The notes under the pieces are model-generated. The model was given only the letters and a program-made list of their open reading frames with translations, ran no database searches and had not been told where the DNA came from. Both the position numbers and the translations under genes were made by a program. This document shows positions 23,607-60,010 of a stretch of DNA of 64,000 nt, piece after piece; position 1 is the stretch's first letter, and the number at the start of each line of letters is the position of its first letter. The stretch covers positions 77,861 to 141,860 of the forward strand of contig NMRA01000795.1 of NCBI GenBank assembly GCA_002633005.1. The letters are read 5' to 3'. This stretch comes from Phoronis australis. Its lineage: Eukaryota > Animalia > Phoronida.

Positions 23607-26235
23607 AATTAATTAATAGTTCATAACAGAGGTTCTGTCTAACACGCAGGTTACTGGTTTACAGCCTTACCAACATCAGAACTTTAATGACAATAATATC
23701 TTGATTTTACTCAGCGTGGATATCGATGGTAATCCTCAGATAGCAACAATTACACATTGCAGTTTCTCATTTAGCACCTTTAGTTTTTGCAATTTCATTT
23801 GTTTTTCCCATACTGTTACTTGTTTTCATCTTATTCTGTTTGTGAATGATAAAAAGCAATGTCTTTCAATTGACATGTTCTGATTTGTTACTGTCATGGT
23901 AGATGTCGCACAAGATCCTGTACCTGTATTATTGCCAGGTGAGAACATCTTCAGATTCAATTATTCTGTCCATGGCTGGTGATGCCTGTACAAATGAGGA
24001 ATCTGTCCCGTAGTTACTAAGGAAGTGTGCTGGAGTCGCTAGTAACACGTCACATATGGTTTTATCTTGCTCCTTTTCTTTATATACTCAGTTTAGAAAT
24101 GATCTCTGGACTCACGAAGAAAAGACAATTTGTTATTTATTCATTCCAAGCTTGGTCTGAGACAAATAAGAACTTTAAAGCCATAAAATCCCTCCCAACT
24201 TGGTCTCTTCTATTGTTCCTTACTTGGATAAGAAGTGGTTTCTACGATTCCACAAAACGAAACACCGTGAGGAGGCATCTTGTACAGCCTGGTCTTCAGC
24301 AATAACCAGACCAAGACTGGTTTGAATAAATACAAAGAAACTTTTTTTTTCAAAGCCATGAAATCGCTTCCCATTAGACAAAGCAAAAATTTGTGGTCAG
24401 TTTGGTAACGGTAAGTGGTAAAAGTTAAAGGTTGGTTTTTGAGATAGAAGGCAGGTTTATGGGTGCTTCAATTTCTTTTCGGCTTCTGGGGACGGCTGGA
24501 ATGTTTGGTGTGTACTATGCGCGCAATTTATTGGTTGATGATTAAGTCACTAAATGGCATTGTTTTGTATGTAATCCAATACTTAAGCATTGTTGCCTAA
24601 TGAATTATTTTGCACAATTGACCACTGTCTGTTATAAGCATGTCTAATAAGCAACTGTGTTGTCAGTTTTGGCAATACGATTTGCTATTAATTTCCACTG
24701 GTCTCGATATTCACAATTTTGACAGGACATTCAACATGTATTCTGTTGGTGACTTTGTGCTGTTTTTGCCTGTGGAAAGACCAAGAGTAAGCAGTGGTCT
24801 TTTGATGGTTTATTATCGCATGCTACCGTGGTACGTTTCTGTTTTTCAAAGGTTTGTGAAGAAATACTACTTCGTACAGATTTTGGGTTGACACGTTGTC
24901 GCTGACTTATGAGGTTGCATTTCTGATGGTATTGTCATATGATGGGCTGCATCTAGTTACTGCAGAAAAATATCTGCTCGGCATATACCTTGAAGATGAT
25001 GTTGCTGTCTTGTAAGGCATTTAATGTGCACCAAAGTAATAAAATTAATAGACTTGCTGTTTGCAATATCATAAATAGGTGATAAGTTCAGTCTTGATGA
25101 CAAGGTATGCCAGCCAAAACAGTCAAGACCAGTAGGACTCCACGTTATTAAGTACGGTAAAATTTCCTTAAATTTAAAGAAACAATGGCCAAAACAGTGT
25201 TTTGATTTTTCAAACGCTCACAGTATTGTCAAAAATGTTCAAAATTTCATCTGTTGACGACAGCCGTACTATATGAAATTCAAATAATAAGTAAAATTGT
25301 CTTGCTTACTCTTCTTGAAATTTTGGATAAAATAGCTGTTTTGCCATATTGTTTTATAATTTAAAGACATTTTACTATACTTCGAATTTACATCTTGTCA
25401 GTAATGCCTTTGGAAATGTGCAGTCCATAGAACGGACTTCGTCAAGTGCACTGCATTAAATTTTTGCAGGATTGCAAATGCATATAGTGTCTATTTTCTG
25501 GGTTTTTTCTGAATAGATCTCACTCAAATAAAGTTAAATATAATCATTAATACTTAATTTTTCGTTTCATCAATAACAATAAAAACCCAGTACACATTGT
25601 GCGTACTAAAATACTTTTAAGCAATAACAGTGTCTCGTGTTACATTGCCCAAGTGTCAGTAGTAGAGAAGCTAAGTCGAATACTTTAACTTGGATCAACT
25701 TCAAGGTAGTCATGGTAACGTAGGACCTCCTCAATAAGTCTGCGTGTTTAACCAAGTTAACTGAACAAGATTTTAACTAGTCGGTAAAAGTATATTTTTT
25801 CAGACAGTAGAAAGCCTGTTCAGAAAATCAGTTATCTTAATTGCAAATCTTATTAATTGGGTCATATCTTTCTAGTATAATTTAGTGGTAAAAAACATTA
25901 TAGTAAAACAACAGTATCATAACATGACCGTGGACCTTGAATATATATACATATATATCTATCAAAATGCACAGACCTGTTGATAAAGTCCTGTACAACC
26001 TTGAATTAGAATGGGTTACACTAAATCGCCCAGAATTCCCCTGGCAGCCATATTGCTTCGGTAGCTAAAACTAAATGGTTATGAGAAGTAACAGTTCTGG
26101 TCCGAAGCAATAACAAAGGAAATTATTCTCAAGATTAGAAATTAATTTCGTAATGTTTTAAAGACTGGGGTTAAATCAAAAAGTTGCTTTGGTTTATTGC
26201 ACCTTTGAGACTTGTGAACACGATGGTTACTCGAA

Positions 26236-34362
<8,127 letters not shown>

Positions 34363-34989
34363 GAGGAGAGGATGCAAGAAAACAACAATAAAACCGCATA
34401 CTATGTGGACCACCATGAAACTCTCATACAGATGACAGGAAATAAGTTTAAGGTGCCATCTAGCGGTAATCTCAACACTTGTTTCCCAGCGGCTAACGTA
34501 CTCTATTGCATGCCGCATACAAACACACGTACATAAATTCGTGCATTCACAAATACAAAAAAATTAACCGAAGCCTTGTCGGATGAAGCAGAGTGTTAAA
34601 TTGATAACAACAATAACAAGGAGTATTTACAAATGTACAGCTATATATAAAAGGTCAAAACGACATTTTAAAAATTAACAGGGAGCTACATTGTAACAAG
34701 GGAAACTAAACCCGAGACCAGAGACGTTAACACTGAAAACTTACATGAGGCAGTGTAATCTAGATCTTTAGGAATTGAACGTCCAGTGAAGTATGTACAG
34801 TAAAATAGGAAAAAAAATATGAACTGGACATACAGATTATGCATTTACCATAAAACTAGCTAACATACAGGAGTACGATAGTTGCCTTAAAATGTAAAAA
34901 AGATATGTACAATATAAAACTAAAGTTTAGCTAATAAATAGTACGAGACTAATAAATAGTACGAGATAAAAAAGAAAAAGTGAATAAAC

Positions 34990-35400
34990 GGGTTATGATC
35001 ATAGACAGGTCTCTAAGTTTCCGGATTCCGTGTTTGAAAGTTTGAATTGTTTTTGCCGGCGTTCAGTTTTGATGTGGTTGTCTATTGAGTTTTACAGTTT
35101 GGGTACTAAAAATCTAAAACTGTGCAGGCCATATTTTTGTTGTGTTGACGTTGGGAATACAAAGATTCATTAATCCTCTGTGGTTACATGGATTATCACG
35201 CGGATCAAAAGGTCACCGATGTAGTGATGGGGTTTGGTCGGATGAAGAGCTTTATCATTAAGTTGTAGGCGTCTATTATAAAGGGAAGCTTGATTTGTTT
35301 GTGCTAGTAAATCTTTATATTCAGTTCTACCATGAAATTGTAAATGATTTTGAGTGCATATTTGAAAGATTTTTTGTCGTATTTTTTAACAGAAATGCCA
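34990..35400 (-). mobile_element. CR1/L2-type LINE 3' remnant
   Basis: Minus-strand translation contains KYGLHSFRFLVPKL*NSID, typical of the RT C-terminal 'YG..SF.....LWN' motif, with stops. Confidence 0.55.
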
Positions 35401-36237
35401 GACAATGTCACAGTAGTTGTAGTAGCTATTGATGAAAGCTTAATTTAAAAATCGTGACCCGGAGTCATGAGAGAGAAGATTCTTTAGTTTTATTATGGCG
35501 ATACGATATACCATTTATTTAACGTCAAGTTCCTTATGATAAAAGAAAACATTAGCCGTAGGTTAATACTACTGACATTGAAAAGACAAAAATAAAAATT
35601 AAGAAGAAAGAATGCAAGCGGCCTGATTTCTCTCGCTGGTTCCCTTGTATGGCACTGCTGTGCGTGAATCCCGCTTAATCTCAAGGTCTCGTATGCGTGA
35701 ACTTGGAATACAGGAGGAAACTTGACAATTAATTTAAATTCACTCAAATAATCACGTTCACGTTGATAAAAGTTTGCACTGCACTAAATCGAATTACATG
35801 TTAACAAAAAACGTAAATTTGAACCAATCTTTTTCAAATGTTGGCGATCTCATTCACCAAACAATAATTGACAGAGTATTAGCCAGGATTTTGCCCGTCA
35901 GACATTCACACCTCCGAATTGCCAAATGGAGACTGGGAGAGTTTTGGGGGACATGCCCCCTTGCCCCCTCTAAATCCCCCACTGCATTCACATATTCCTC
36001 AGATTCTTTGACACAAGTTACGCTAAAGGAGAAAATGGGTGATCATGAGGCTGATAATTACAAAAATTCTTTACAAATGAATATTCATTTCCAAGTTCAA
36101 GCGTACACGATCTTCACTTTACATATATATATGCATGGAAAATGTGACCTTTGATCTTTGGTGTAAACAAAACAATGGTGATTTCATCTGCAGCCAATCC
36201 GTGACTTCTTTGAGCGAATGAGCACATATCATTAGAG

Positions 36238-36448
36238 CATGGGCGCGCAGCACTGAAAAAAGTGGGGGGCTAAAGCCCCCTCAGCCCCCCTGTGGTGCAC
36301 CGCCTATAGACCATGTGCGGCGTAGCGCTTAAAAAAGTGAGGGCTAAAGCCCCTCAGCCTCCCTGTGGTGCACCGCCTATAGACCATGTGCGGCGTAGCA
36401 CTGAAAAAAGTGGGGGTTTTCACAGCCCCCTATGGTGCGCCGCCCATG
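36238..36448. repeat. Three head-to-tail ~74-bp units resembling hAT MITE ends
   Basis: Units start at 36238, 36312 and 36385 (catg.gcg..gcactgaaaaaagtgggggg...cagccccc.tgtggtgcaccgcc). Overall termini catgggcg / cgcccatg are inverted. Confidence 0.6.
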
Positions 36449-37055
36449 TACTAGGGACTTCGGGAATGAAACTGGGTTCCCTATTATCGACGATTTGAAA
36501 ACATTATTCTCGGCAAATGCTGTGTGGACTAAAAGTAAACACGATAGTTAAATCCGGATCTTTAATGAATGTGCTTTAATTAATCGAAACTTCGGGAATT
36601 TTGACGCGATTGGATATTCCAGCTGCTGGCTACTACACTAGACATAACGACGTGATTGCGTTATGCATGCCTCTAACAACGGACAATTTTGGCAGTCTTT
36701 TTACAGAATCGAAACCTCGAACAATCTGCCTACTGGTCAGTTTTCATCTGGACATGCAGTGTGTAGATGGCTGTGTAACCTGTCTTGTGGTGTCAGTCTA
36801 GATAGGCGGCAAAAGAAAAGTGTCTCATTACACTGAAAGTATATCCGTTACAGAGTACTCAGCGTACTTTCAGCTTAAGCACACTTAAAATAAACTTTGC
36901 AGCTGCCCTTTCATTTATTTTGCCTATCCTCGTGCAATTTACATTCAATATGTGTGCACAGCAGAGACTTTATGGTTCCGAAACATACAAGGATGTACAG
37001 CGTATTTTATGATCAAAAAACGTTAAAAGTGTTAAAAAGGCGCTCAAGATTGAGC

Positions 37056-38465
37056 TTACACTTCTGTCCGCCAGTCTTGTAATCTGGCGTAGGTGTTCTC
37101 GTCTTCACCAGCACTACAACACATCAAAAGCCGCCATCGTGAGGCGAAACTTTGCGCCTGCACAGAGGAAGTAGCACAGACCTTGACCACGTGACGATTC
37201 CGTCTGAATCGTGATTTCAAACGCTTGAAAAGTCCCTCGCGTTTTACAATGTTTGATTTATCTGTAAAATCACCGATAATCCTGTGGGTGTCCTCTGAAT
37301 CAGAAGAAACGGCATCAAGAGGCACATCCACAAACGTCTTGTCGTCTTCTGAAGAAATGCCATCAATTGTGTATGGCTTGTTGCTAATTTGCAAACTTGT
37401 TTTACTTTTACCGTTGTATTCAGTGTCCATTGAATAATCCCCACCAGCAAAACAAAAATCATACTGAGGCAACGTTGCAAAAGGAGACGATCTGCGTTCT
37501 TCTAGGCGAGCATCCTCAACCTCCCTTGGCTCGTTCTTATCTTGAAGGTATGTGGTATTAATTTCATCATTACCGATTACGGACATATCAATATTCGTTG
37601 AAAAATGCAACGTCACATACGAAATGTGACTGTGAGGCCAGGTGGTGACACTAGAAGGTTTAATATCGTCCAGTGCCAGTGGCATGTCTTCACGCTTGCT
37701 GGGCAGACCACTGCTTTGAAATTTTATTTTGTCCTTCTCAAAAGTTTCATCTATTAACGTGTACTCTAAAAGATTTACACTACGAGACGAAATGGCATCT
37801 TGGGGAAACTTAGCGAAGCTGTGCAAATTTGCATCTTCTGGGCTTTTATCTTCGATGCTGCGTGATTAATTGCTGCACAGAGTCTCAGAAGTGGATCGTC
37901 GTGAGTCCTGTGTAAAAGTTTCCCCAATCGCAGAGGAAATTGTAGGCTCAGTCGAATCACTGAAATCTATCAGTGTGATGTCGTCCAAGTGGCGACCTCC
38001 AACGGATATACTTTCAGATTTCAGGACTTTCTCCTTGCTATCATCATTGTCAGCGAAATCAACAATACTTGACGAATGCATGACTTCCTGTCGAACATCT
38101 TCAACGTAGCCTGACTTGTTTATGCCTTCCAGTTTACCGGCTTCTTTCTCTCCAGTACATGTATCAATCATACACGTAGAGCTACGGCGGATGATTTCTG
38201 AAGCACCTATTTTAATAGAGAAAAAAGTTGCACCGTAAGGCAACCCATGGATATCACAATCTTCAGCGTCCGCAGGAATTTCCTCAATATTTCGTATTTC
38301 GATGCAGTTTTCTTCCTCGGGTGTAATAATAGGGATTTGACTTGCCAGTAACTCTGACAGCTCAGTCGTTCCATGGACATTCTTATTCAGCAATTCATCC
38401 TTGTCTGTGGAGATGTGGTAAACAAAGCAAGTACGTCCATTGGCGTATTTTCGGAAAAATTTCAA
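37056..38465 (-). pseudogene. Intronless orphan reading frame (~470 codons, acidic/Ser-rich) split by one in-frame TAA; uncharacterized gene or pseudogene
   Basis: ORFs 38465-37866 and 37826-37056 are in the same frame: ...TLCSN*SRSIEDKSPEDANLHSFAK... The region is unusually stop-poor for this AT-rich DNA. No recognisable domain and no clean in-frame ATG at the 5' end. Confidence 0.5.
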
Positions 38466-40897
38466 AAAAGTACAAGTATTTTCGGTACGGTTAGCGTGTC
38501 TTGAAAATCGGACGGACTCGTTTCATCATCCGTATGTAATGTGTTTTGAAGTAAAGATTTATTTTGGCGAGATATTATATTTTGGGTCTCGCGATTTCAT
38601 CGGCTCAAATGACTATCATTTATCAAGATGTTCGTTGATTTTGCTGGTAATTGACAATTTAAACAATTTGTGTTTGCCTAATGATAAATAAGTATAGAAG
38701 AATAAAATTCTTACCACCGAGATACAATTACATACATTAAAAACAACGAAAGTGTTTCTTTAAAATTTCACTAATATGTTTAAAAACCACATAAAATGTT
38801 TGACTGTTTCGGAAAATATGCCCGCCTTCTTTCCGAAAATACGGCTGACTGGCTACATAATCAACCACCTCTCATCCTCTGTACCTGGACTTGAGAGAGC
38901 ATAGTGATGAGCACACTGCACAGAGGCTGAAAACTGTTCAATCATGGGTTGTCGGAGCTAGGGAGCTTGTCGAAGAGGTATGTCCAGTGGAGAACATCAA
39001 CAGGGCAATATTAGACGGCCCGGGCGGATTTGGCGGCCGAGCTGCCAAAAGAAGCTTCTCCCACACTTTTTTCGGGACAAGGGTGCGGTAATCTTTGAAA
39101 AATAAGTGGTCCCCCGGGTATCCCACGCGGATCCGCTAGTGGGTGACGGGGAAAAGTTGCTGTAGGGCGAGTAAACCACGAGAGAGCTCACCGCGTCCGC
39201 GAGCAAGTTGCCAGTCGTCCGGTCGGCGCCCGAGTTTTCCAAGGGGAGATTCGATTGCCGAACCCATGCTCTGTGGCTACGTGCCCACATTACTATAGTT
39301 TACCGGATTTCGACTTGGGGGCAGATTTCGGAAAATTTGGAGTCCCTAGTTGATAGGAAGCTGGTGAGGCCCCCTCCCCACTACCTTAAATCGCCGTACA
39401 TTCGGTGTTTTTTTTCTAGTTCTCACGTCTTTCGCTTCCGTATAAATTTTAGACGAAAAGGGCTTCCTTTCGTAGAGACTGAAATTGACCGGAAAAGTGA
39501 CCTTTCCGGGCGGCACATGCCGTACACCCCACATATTGAAGTATCCCCCAGGCCTATCCCCCTTCTCAGTTTGGATGCAGGCTTCTCTAATACTTTCAAT
39601 CGTAGCACATCGTGATCTACGTATCGAGTTGACGTGTTTTCCACAATTTCTCTGCGGGTGATACGTTCGTGACATTGGATGGTGCCATTTTGAAGATTCT
39701 TAGATAACCAACAGGAAAGACAGCAAACTGTTAGACCAATGTAACACTATTTGACATTTGAACAAAGAGGAACATTCGTTCATAGGGCATTGACAACTTA
39801 TAAACAACACTGGGCAACGGTGCGGACTTCCGTTTTAGAAATATGCCATACGTGAACTGCTGTCATATTAAGCTGTGAAACCATAGATTAAATATTTAAT
39901 CTATGGTGAAACCTTCTCAATTCATCATGCAAACGTTACTGGTTAATGTTAATTTTTTATTTTTACTGTGTCAAGGTGCACTGAAAACAAAAGAAAAAAA
40001 TGTCACTGTACTTTTTTTCTATGAGAAATGCATATATTTATGTAGACGAATTCGTTGTTTAGTGTTTGTAGGAAGGCAAGTTGGCTTTGAGAAAATTGTT
40101 ACAGAAATAGAATCTGCCACAACGCACTACGAACATTTCCTTATACCTTGCCATTTGAGTCCAGACAGGAGCAGGTTTGAGATATAAAGTAAGACTTGTC
40201 TCGATTATTGAGAATTCAGTGTAGTTTAGGCATACACCATACAGAGGGAAGCAAAAAATCAATGTGAGATATGTTTTGGTAGGCCTACTATGGAAAGTCC
40301 AACGTTCTGTACTCTGTTCACTTTTGTAGCAGTAGGAATGAAATAAAGTCACATCCAAATCTGTGCATTGTGTAATAGTCATGAGACATGACCAAAGCGG
40401 TTTGTAGCATAGTTTTTGCAAGCACAGTTCAGCCCTTGCAGTCAAGAGGAGGCACACAGAGCGACCTAGCATGATAAGTGTTGGTTTCCTTTACTCAGGG
40501 TCGTGGGTCGAGTACCACTGAGGCACATTGGTAGACCCTTGAATCAGATCTCAAGCTCCACAGCTCAGTTTAAGGTATATTAATCAAGAGTAAAATGATT
40601 CCAGGTGATCAGTGAAATGGGCTCACTTAAGTGTCTTTGCAAGTCTGATCCAACGTGTACCAGACCGCCTGCAATTATTTTTGACATAAAATTTCACTAG
40701 TCCACTGCATTGGTGAGATTATGCTATTAAAGTAATTTTAAAAACTTGTACATAAGTAAGCACAAGTGTAAAATCAGGCAAATATACAACTCATTAAATT
40801 ACAAAACAGGATCTTTATTGTAATCTTGTTTTAGGTTAGAACAAGGAAGCTAAGGAAGAGAGTGTGAGAATCAGAAGACAAGAGACAAATTCTAATG

Positions 40898-56007
<15,110 letters not shown>

Positions 56008-57119
56008 TATCAAACGTCTGAAAGATAAGTATTCAAAAATGCATTCCGTAAAACTGGCATTCTACAGCTGCCCTTTTTAATAGATGTAAACGTTCTGGTG
56101 ATGTGATAGGTACGACGAGAATGCGCATTAGTCAACATGAATGGAGAAAGCCAATCGCGACACTTTGCTGTGAATGTTGTCGATTGAATTAAGAAAATCC
56201 GAAGGTACTAACATGGCGTTGGAGTAGTGAACGTGCTCCGGCACATTAACAAACATCGAACCGGGAGTTAAGAATACATGTAAAGAAGCAGTTCAGAGTT
56301 GGAGAGTTTGTGTGTTCAGACGTGCTTGTTACTGTGTGTGTGACTTGGGATAGTCACTGCGTACATACGTGTATATCTGCATATCAATCAATCAATCAAT
56401 AATCATTTACTTTAGAGACCCGTAACAATTGCTACCCAGCCACAACTTGGATCGACTTATTAGTCACCATTTCCGAAGAGAATGTACAAAAATAGGCAAT
56501 GCATAGACGTGTACAATGACAAAAAGAAAATTGGACCAACCTTCTCAATCATTATTCATTAAGTGTAAATGACAACTTTTTTCGCCTGAGAAATGAATTA
56601 TAAATAAAACTGATACCTAATTTACTAAAAATAGTGCTAGTCCTCAAGAAAACTAACTGGTACTGAATTCCTCTATATTAGCTTGCATGCACCCCGTAGC
56701 TGTGGGAGAATATATATAGAATAGCTCATAGAGGTGTTTAATATTCACAAGTCTGTGTGTTTTACTCAGGTTCGTAGTAAGTACTCTGACATTGAGCGGG
56801 CTGAGTGAAGCTAACCCAAGACAAGCTGTTCTAGTAGTTTTAGTACTATCATAGCCAGGGTTTCCATCTTGTAGCACTCAGGAGACAAGATGTTACAAAG
56901 ATTTCCAGAGACTTAAAGTGCATTCCAGTGTGTTCAGATATTTCCTAGTGTATCAATGCATTCTACTATGTTGGTAAAGGGGCACACAACATTACCAGCT
57001 GGTGTCAATGTCAACAAACTAGCGTCAATGACCAACAGTGACAGTGTCTAGTACTAGTAGTCAGTAGTACTAGTAGTGAATGTATTGCAGACGCAGACAA
57101 AATGTGTGACGCAAAGTAT

Positions 57120-57591
57120 TGTTGTAGATGTGCTTCCGGTGAATTATATGAGCCTCTGTTAGCTACTCGCTAACACGCAATTGCCTATTAGCTGAATGGT
57201 TAGCACGCTTGCCGGTTTTATGGGGATCGCGGGTTCGATCCCCGGGTCGGGTAATCTCGGCTATTACTACAAATGGCGTAGTCGGCAAACGGATGATCTA
57301 CCGATGAAGCACTGCCAACTAGTACCCACGGACCTCGGGACAGCGCGCGTGGAAGGTTCCAGGAGTCAAGGACCTGTATGAGAAACGACCTTGTGTTCAC
57401 CTGTGTTGTGGTGGTAAAGGTACCAAGGGACGTTGATGACCTGTATGCGAGACATCCTGGTGTTCACCTTCCTGTCGCGTGCCCGTTCCGTAGGAAAGGG
57501 GGGAATGTTGTAGATGTGCTTCCGGTGAATTATATGAGCCTCTGTTAGCTACTCGCTAACGGGCAATTGCCTATTAGCTGAATGGTTAGCA
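57120..57591 (+). mobile_element. Miniature non-autonomous LTR retrotransposon (TRIM) with tRNA-like sequence in its LTRs (Helenus-like)
   Basis: LTR1 57120-57271 (TGTTGTAG...TTACTACA); PBS tggcgtagtcggca at 57274, complementary to a tRNA-Ser 3' end; ~235-bp non-coding interior; PPT aggaaagggggggaa-like tract; LTR2 starts at 57506 and is cut by N57592. A/B boxes lie inside the LTR. Confidence 0.88.
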
Positions 57592-60010
57592 NGTGTGATC
57601 TCTACACTCTGGGAACCAGTGAGAATTGTCTCTCTGGACTGTACCTGTAGAGACTGAGGTCACTGTCCAGTCGGACACAGATGACAGCATAACAGATTAC
57701 AAACCTTTTCTATTTCTTCTTTTTTCTTAGCAATGAGCATCTCTTGTTGGCTCATTTGCTTGAATCGATCATTCATGCTTTCTTGGTCGAGTCGGGCTTG
57801 TCTCCAAGCCATGTCAGCCAAAAACAAGACAAATTGGATAACCTTAGAAAATACTCAAGATTGATGTGGCGACGTGATTACAATGTTACTTGGATAATCG
57901 GTTTTGATTGGTTAGTCAAGTACCAAACATTCAACTTCCAATAGCATGGTTCGTAACAAATGTAGATACAAAACATGGCCGAACACGTCAAAGACCCTCT
58001 TTACACGAGAGGAGAGGTAATTATTTTAATTTATTTGAATTTGCCGTAATGTACTATAGTATACAGAAGGTATTACAAGAGCCATCCAATATGGCGGACG
58101 AGCGTGTTCTTAGTGATTAAAATTAATGTGATGGTACTATACTATAGTTAAAACTGAGTATAAGGAGTGAGCCGAGGACAGGTCATCCCTGACCACGATT
58201 CTTGTGTTTACAAATACAGAAGACGAAGTAAATCCTGATTCAAAAAAACCAGTAAAATCTATCTATTCAATAAAGAAAAATATGAACTAAAAGCGTACTT
58301 GGTAGACAGTGGCCACTATCTCAGTCTAGCTGGTTCGGTAGAGTGTAGAGACGGTATAACTCCTAAGGCTATTCACAGTCACAGGCGTCCTCAGCTTCTA
58401 ATCGTTCCCAATACACTACATATAATAACAGGTGTTCTGCGCGTTTTGTTGATTTGCGCAATATGCGGATGACGTCATCAAAAGCGGGGGAAATCCATAT
58501 ACTGCGCANCGCGTGGCAGCGCTGCACGCGAAACAAGATGGCGGACGACCTTTGGAGACTGACGACGAGAGGTAATCGGACTATACTGCGCAGGCCCGTT
58601 TATGGATTCCTAAAACGCGCAACACTTTAGGAATCGCACCGATTTACGGGTAATAGAACAGGAAATGCTTCGTATGATAATAATTCGATGATAATAGTCC
58701 AAAATTATGCGTTTTACACTAATTAATAGATTTTGGTCCTGACTCGAAGACAATGACCATGCTGAGATAATAGTCTACACAATCTACCTAGGCTATCTGC
58801 GGTTGTTGGACCACCTGGAAATCTGTAGGTTATTCCATAGGTGTTTGGATTATTTAATTAAAGTAGTCAAAGAAGCAAAGAGTCGCCCGAACAATTTCCC
58901 AGTACTTTCAATTAGCAATGAAAGGAACATCAGACAGCACACGAGACAGTAGGCCTAACCAATATGGGACGAGTCATGTCTCAATTTTGAACTGTACTAG
59001 ACGACTCAGGACTCTTAAGGCGGAGGGAACGTGTAGGCCACCCAAATGCAAAGATGATCCCTTACACAAACCTGCGTTTACCATTTTTGCAAACGTGTGA
59101 AATCCGCTTTTTCTCCCGGAAGTTGAACAAACGAATATCATTCACTGAACATCACGCCACGTGCGGCTGACTGTCGAGGCGGCTCAAGTTTGCAAACGAT
59201 ACATTTTGTCAGGGATATAGCTGATGTGGCAGAGTATAGCCTATTTTGAATCGGGGTCAAATATTTGGTCGTGAATTTAGTTTAAAGTGCCCCGCGATAA
59301 AGCGGGGCACGGCCCGAGTAACCCGCGATTTCGTTTCGGATGCATTGAAATGCGCGTCGTTTCGCGCATTCATTTTAATCGCCGAGTGAATCAATGTGAA
59401 ACGAATGAAGCTGCACGAGCATGTACGGTTTTTGTTGAAGTCTGGCTCATAGAAAGCAGTAATAGTATTTGGCCAAAGAAAACTAAGTTTTGTTATATAC
59501 CATGCCATATGCACCGCGCGATCCGCCGGGACAGTTAGCCCGACCGTATTTAATATTATGTCAAGAATTAGGCATCCAGTAATTGATTTTTCTAAGGTCA
59601 CAAATTTTTGTCTAAAATTAAATTCCCGGTCGCTACACTATCAATTGAATTGAACTTGAATTATTAACATAAGGCAATAATGAGGCCTTGCTGTAACGGA
59701 AGTTTGTTATTTTTGCGTTCTTAGCAGTCGAAAGAAACGGCGTTTGTGACCAGCACAGGTCAACTGTCGGAACATTTCACCAAATTACAGAACGACCAGG
59801 AACTCTGCAAAGCGCCTTTTCCTCTGCCTGGCAAACAGAAGGAATTTGTCCAGACTTTGCTAGCTAAAAACACTTTTGCCCCGCCAAATGAATGAACTTA
59901 ATTGTAGAAAACACTTCATTTTTACATATTCTCTTTCGAAATGTTCAGACAGTTGCCGCGCGCTAACCTAAAACAAGTTGTCACGTTGGTTCCACACATT
60001 AACAAATTAA

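Noticed and set aside
38880-39400. Telomerase RNA, 7SK or RNase P/MRP gene
   Set aside because: No TTAGGG template, 7SK 5' motif or CR-I/CR-V motifs found by eye.
57182-57252. Functional tRNA gene
   Set aside because: A/B boxes are present but acceptor and anticodon stems are poor, and the sequence is embedded in an LTR.
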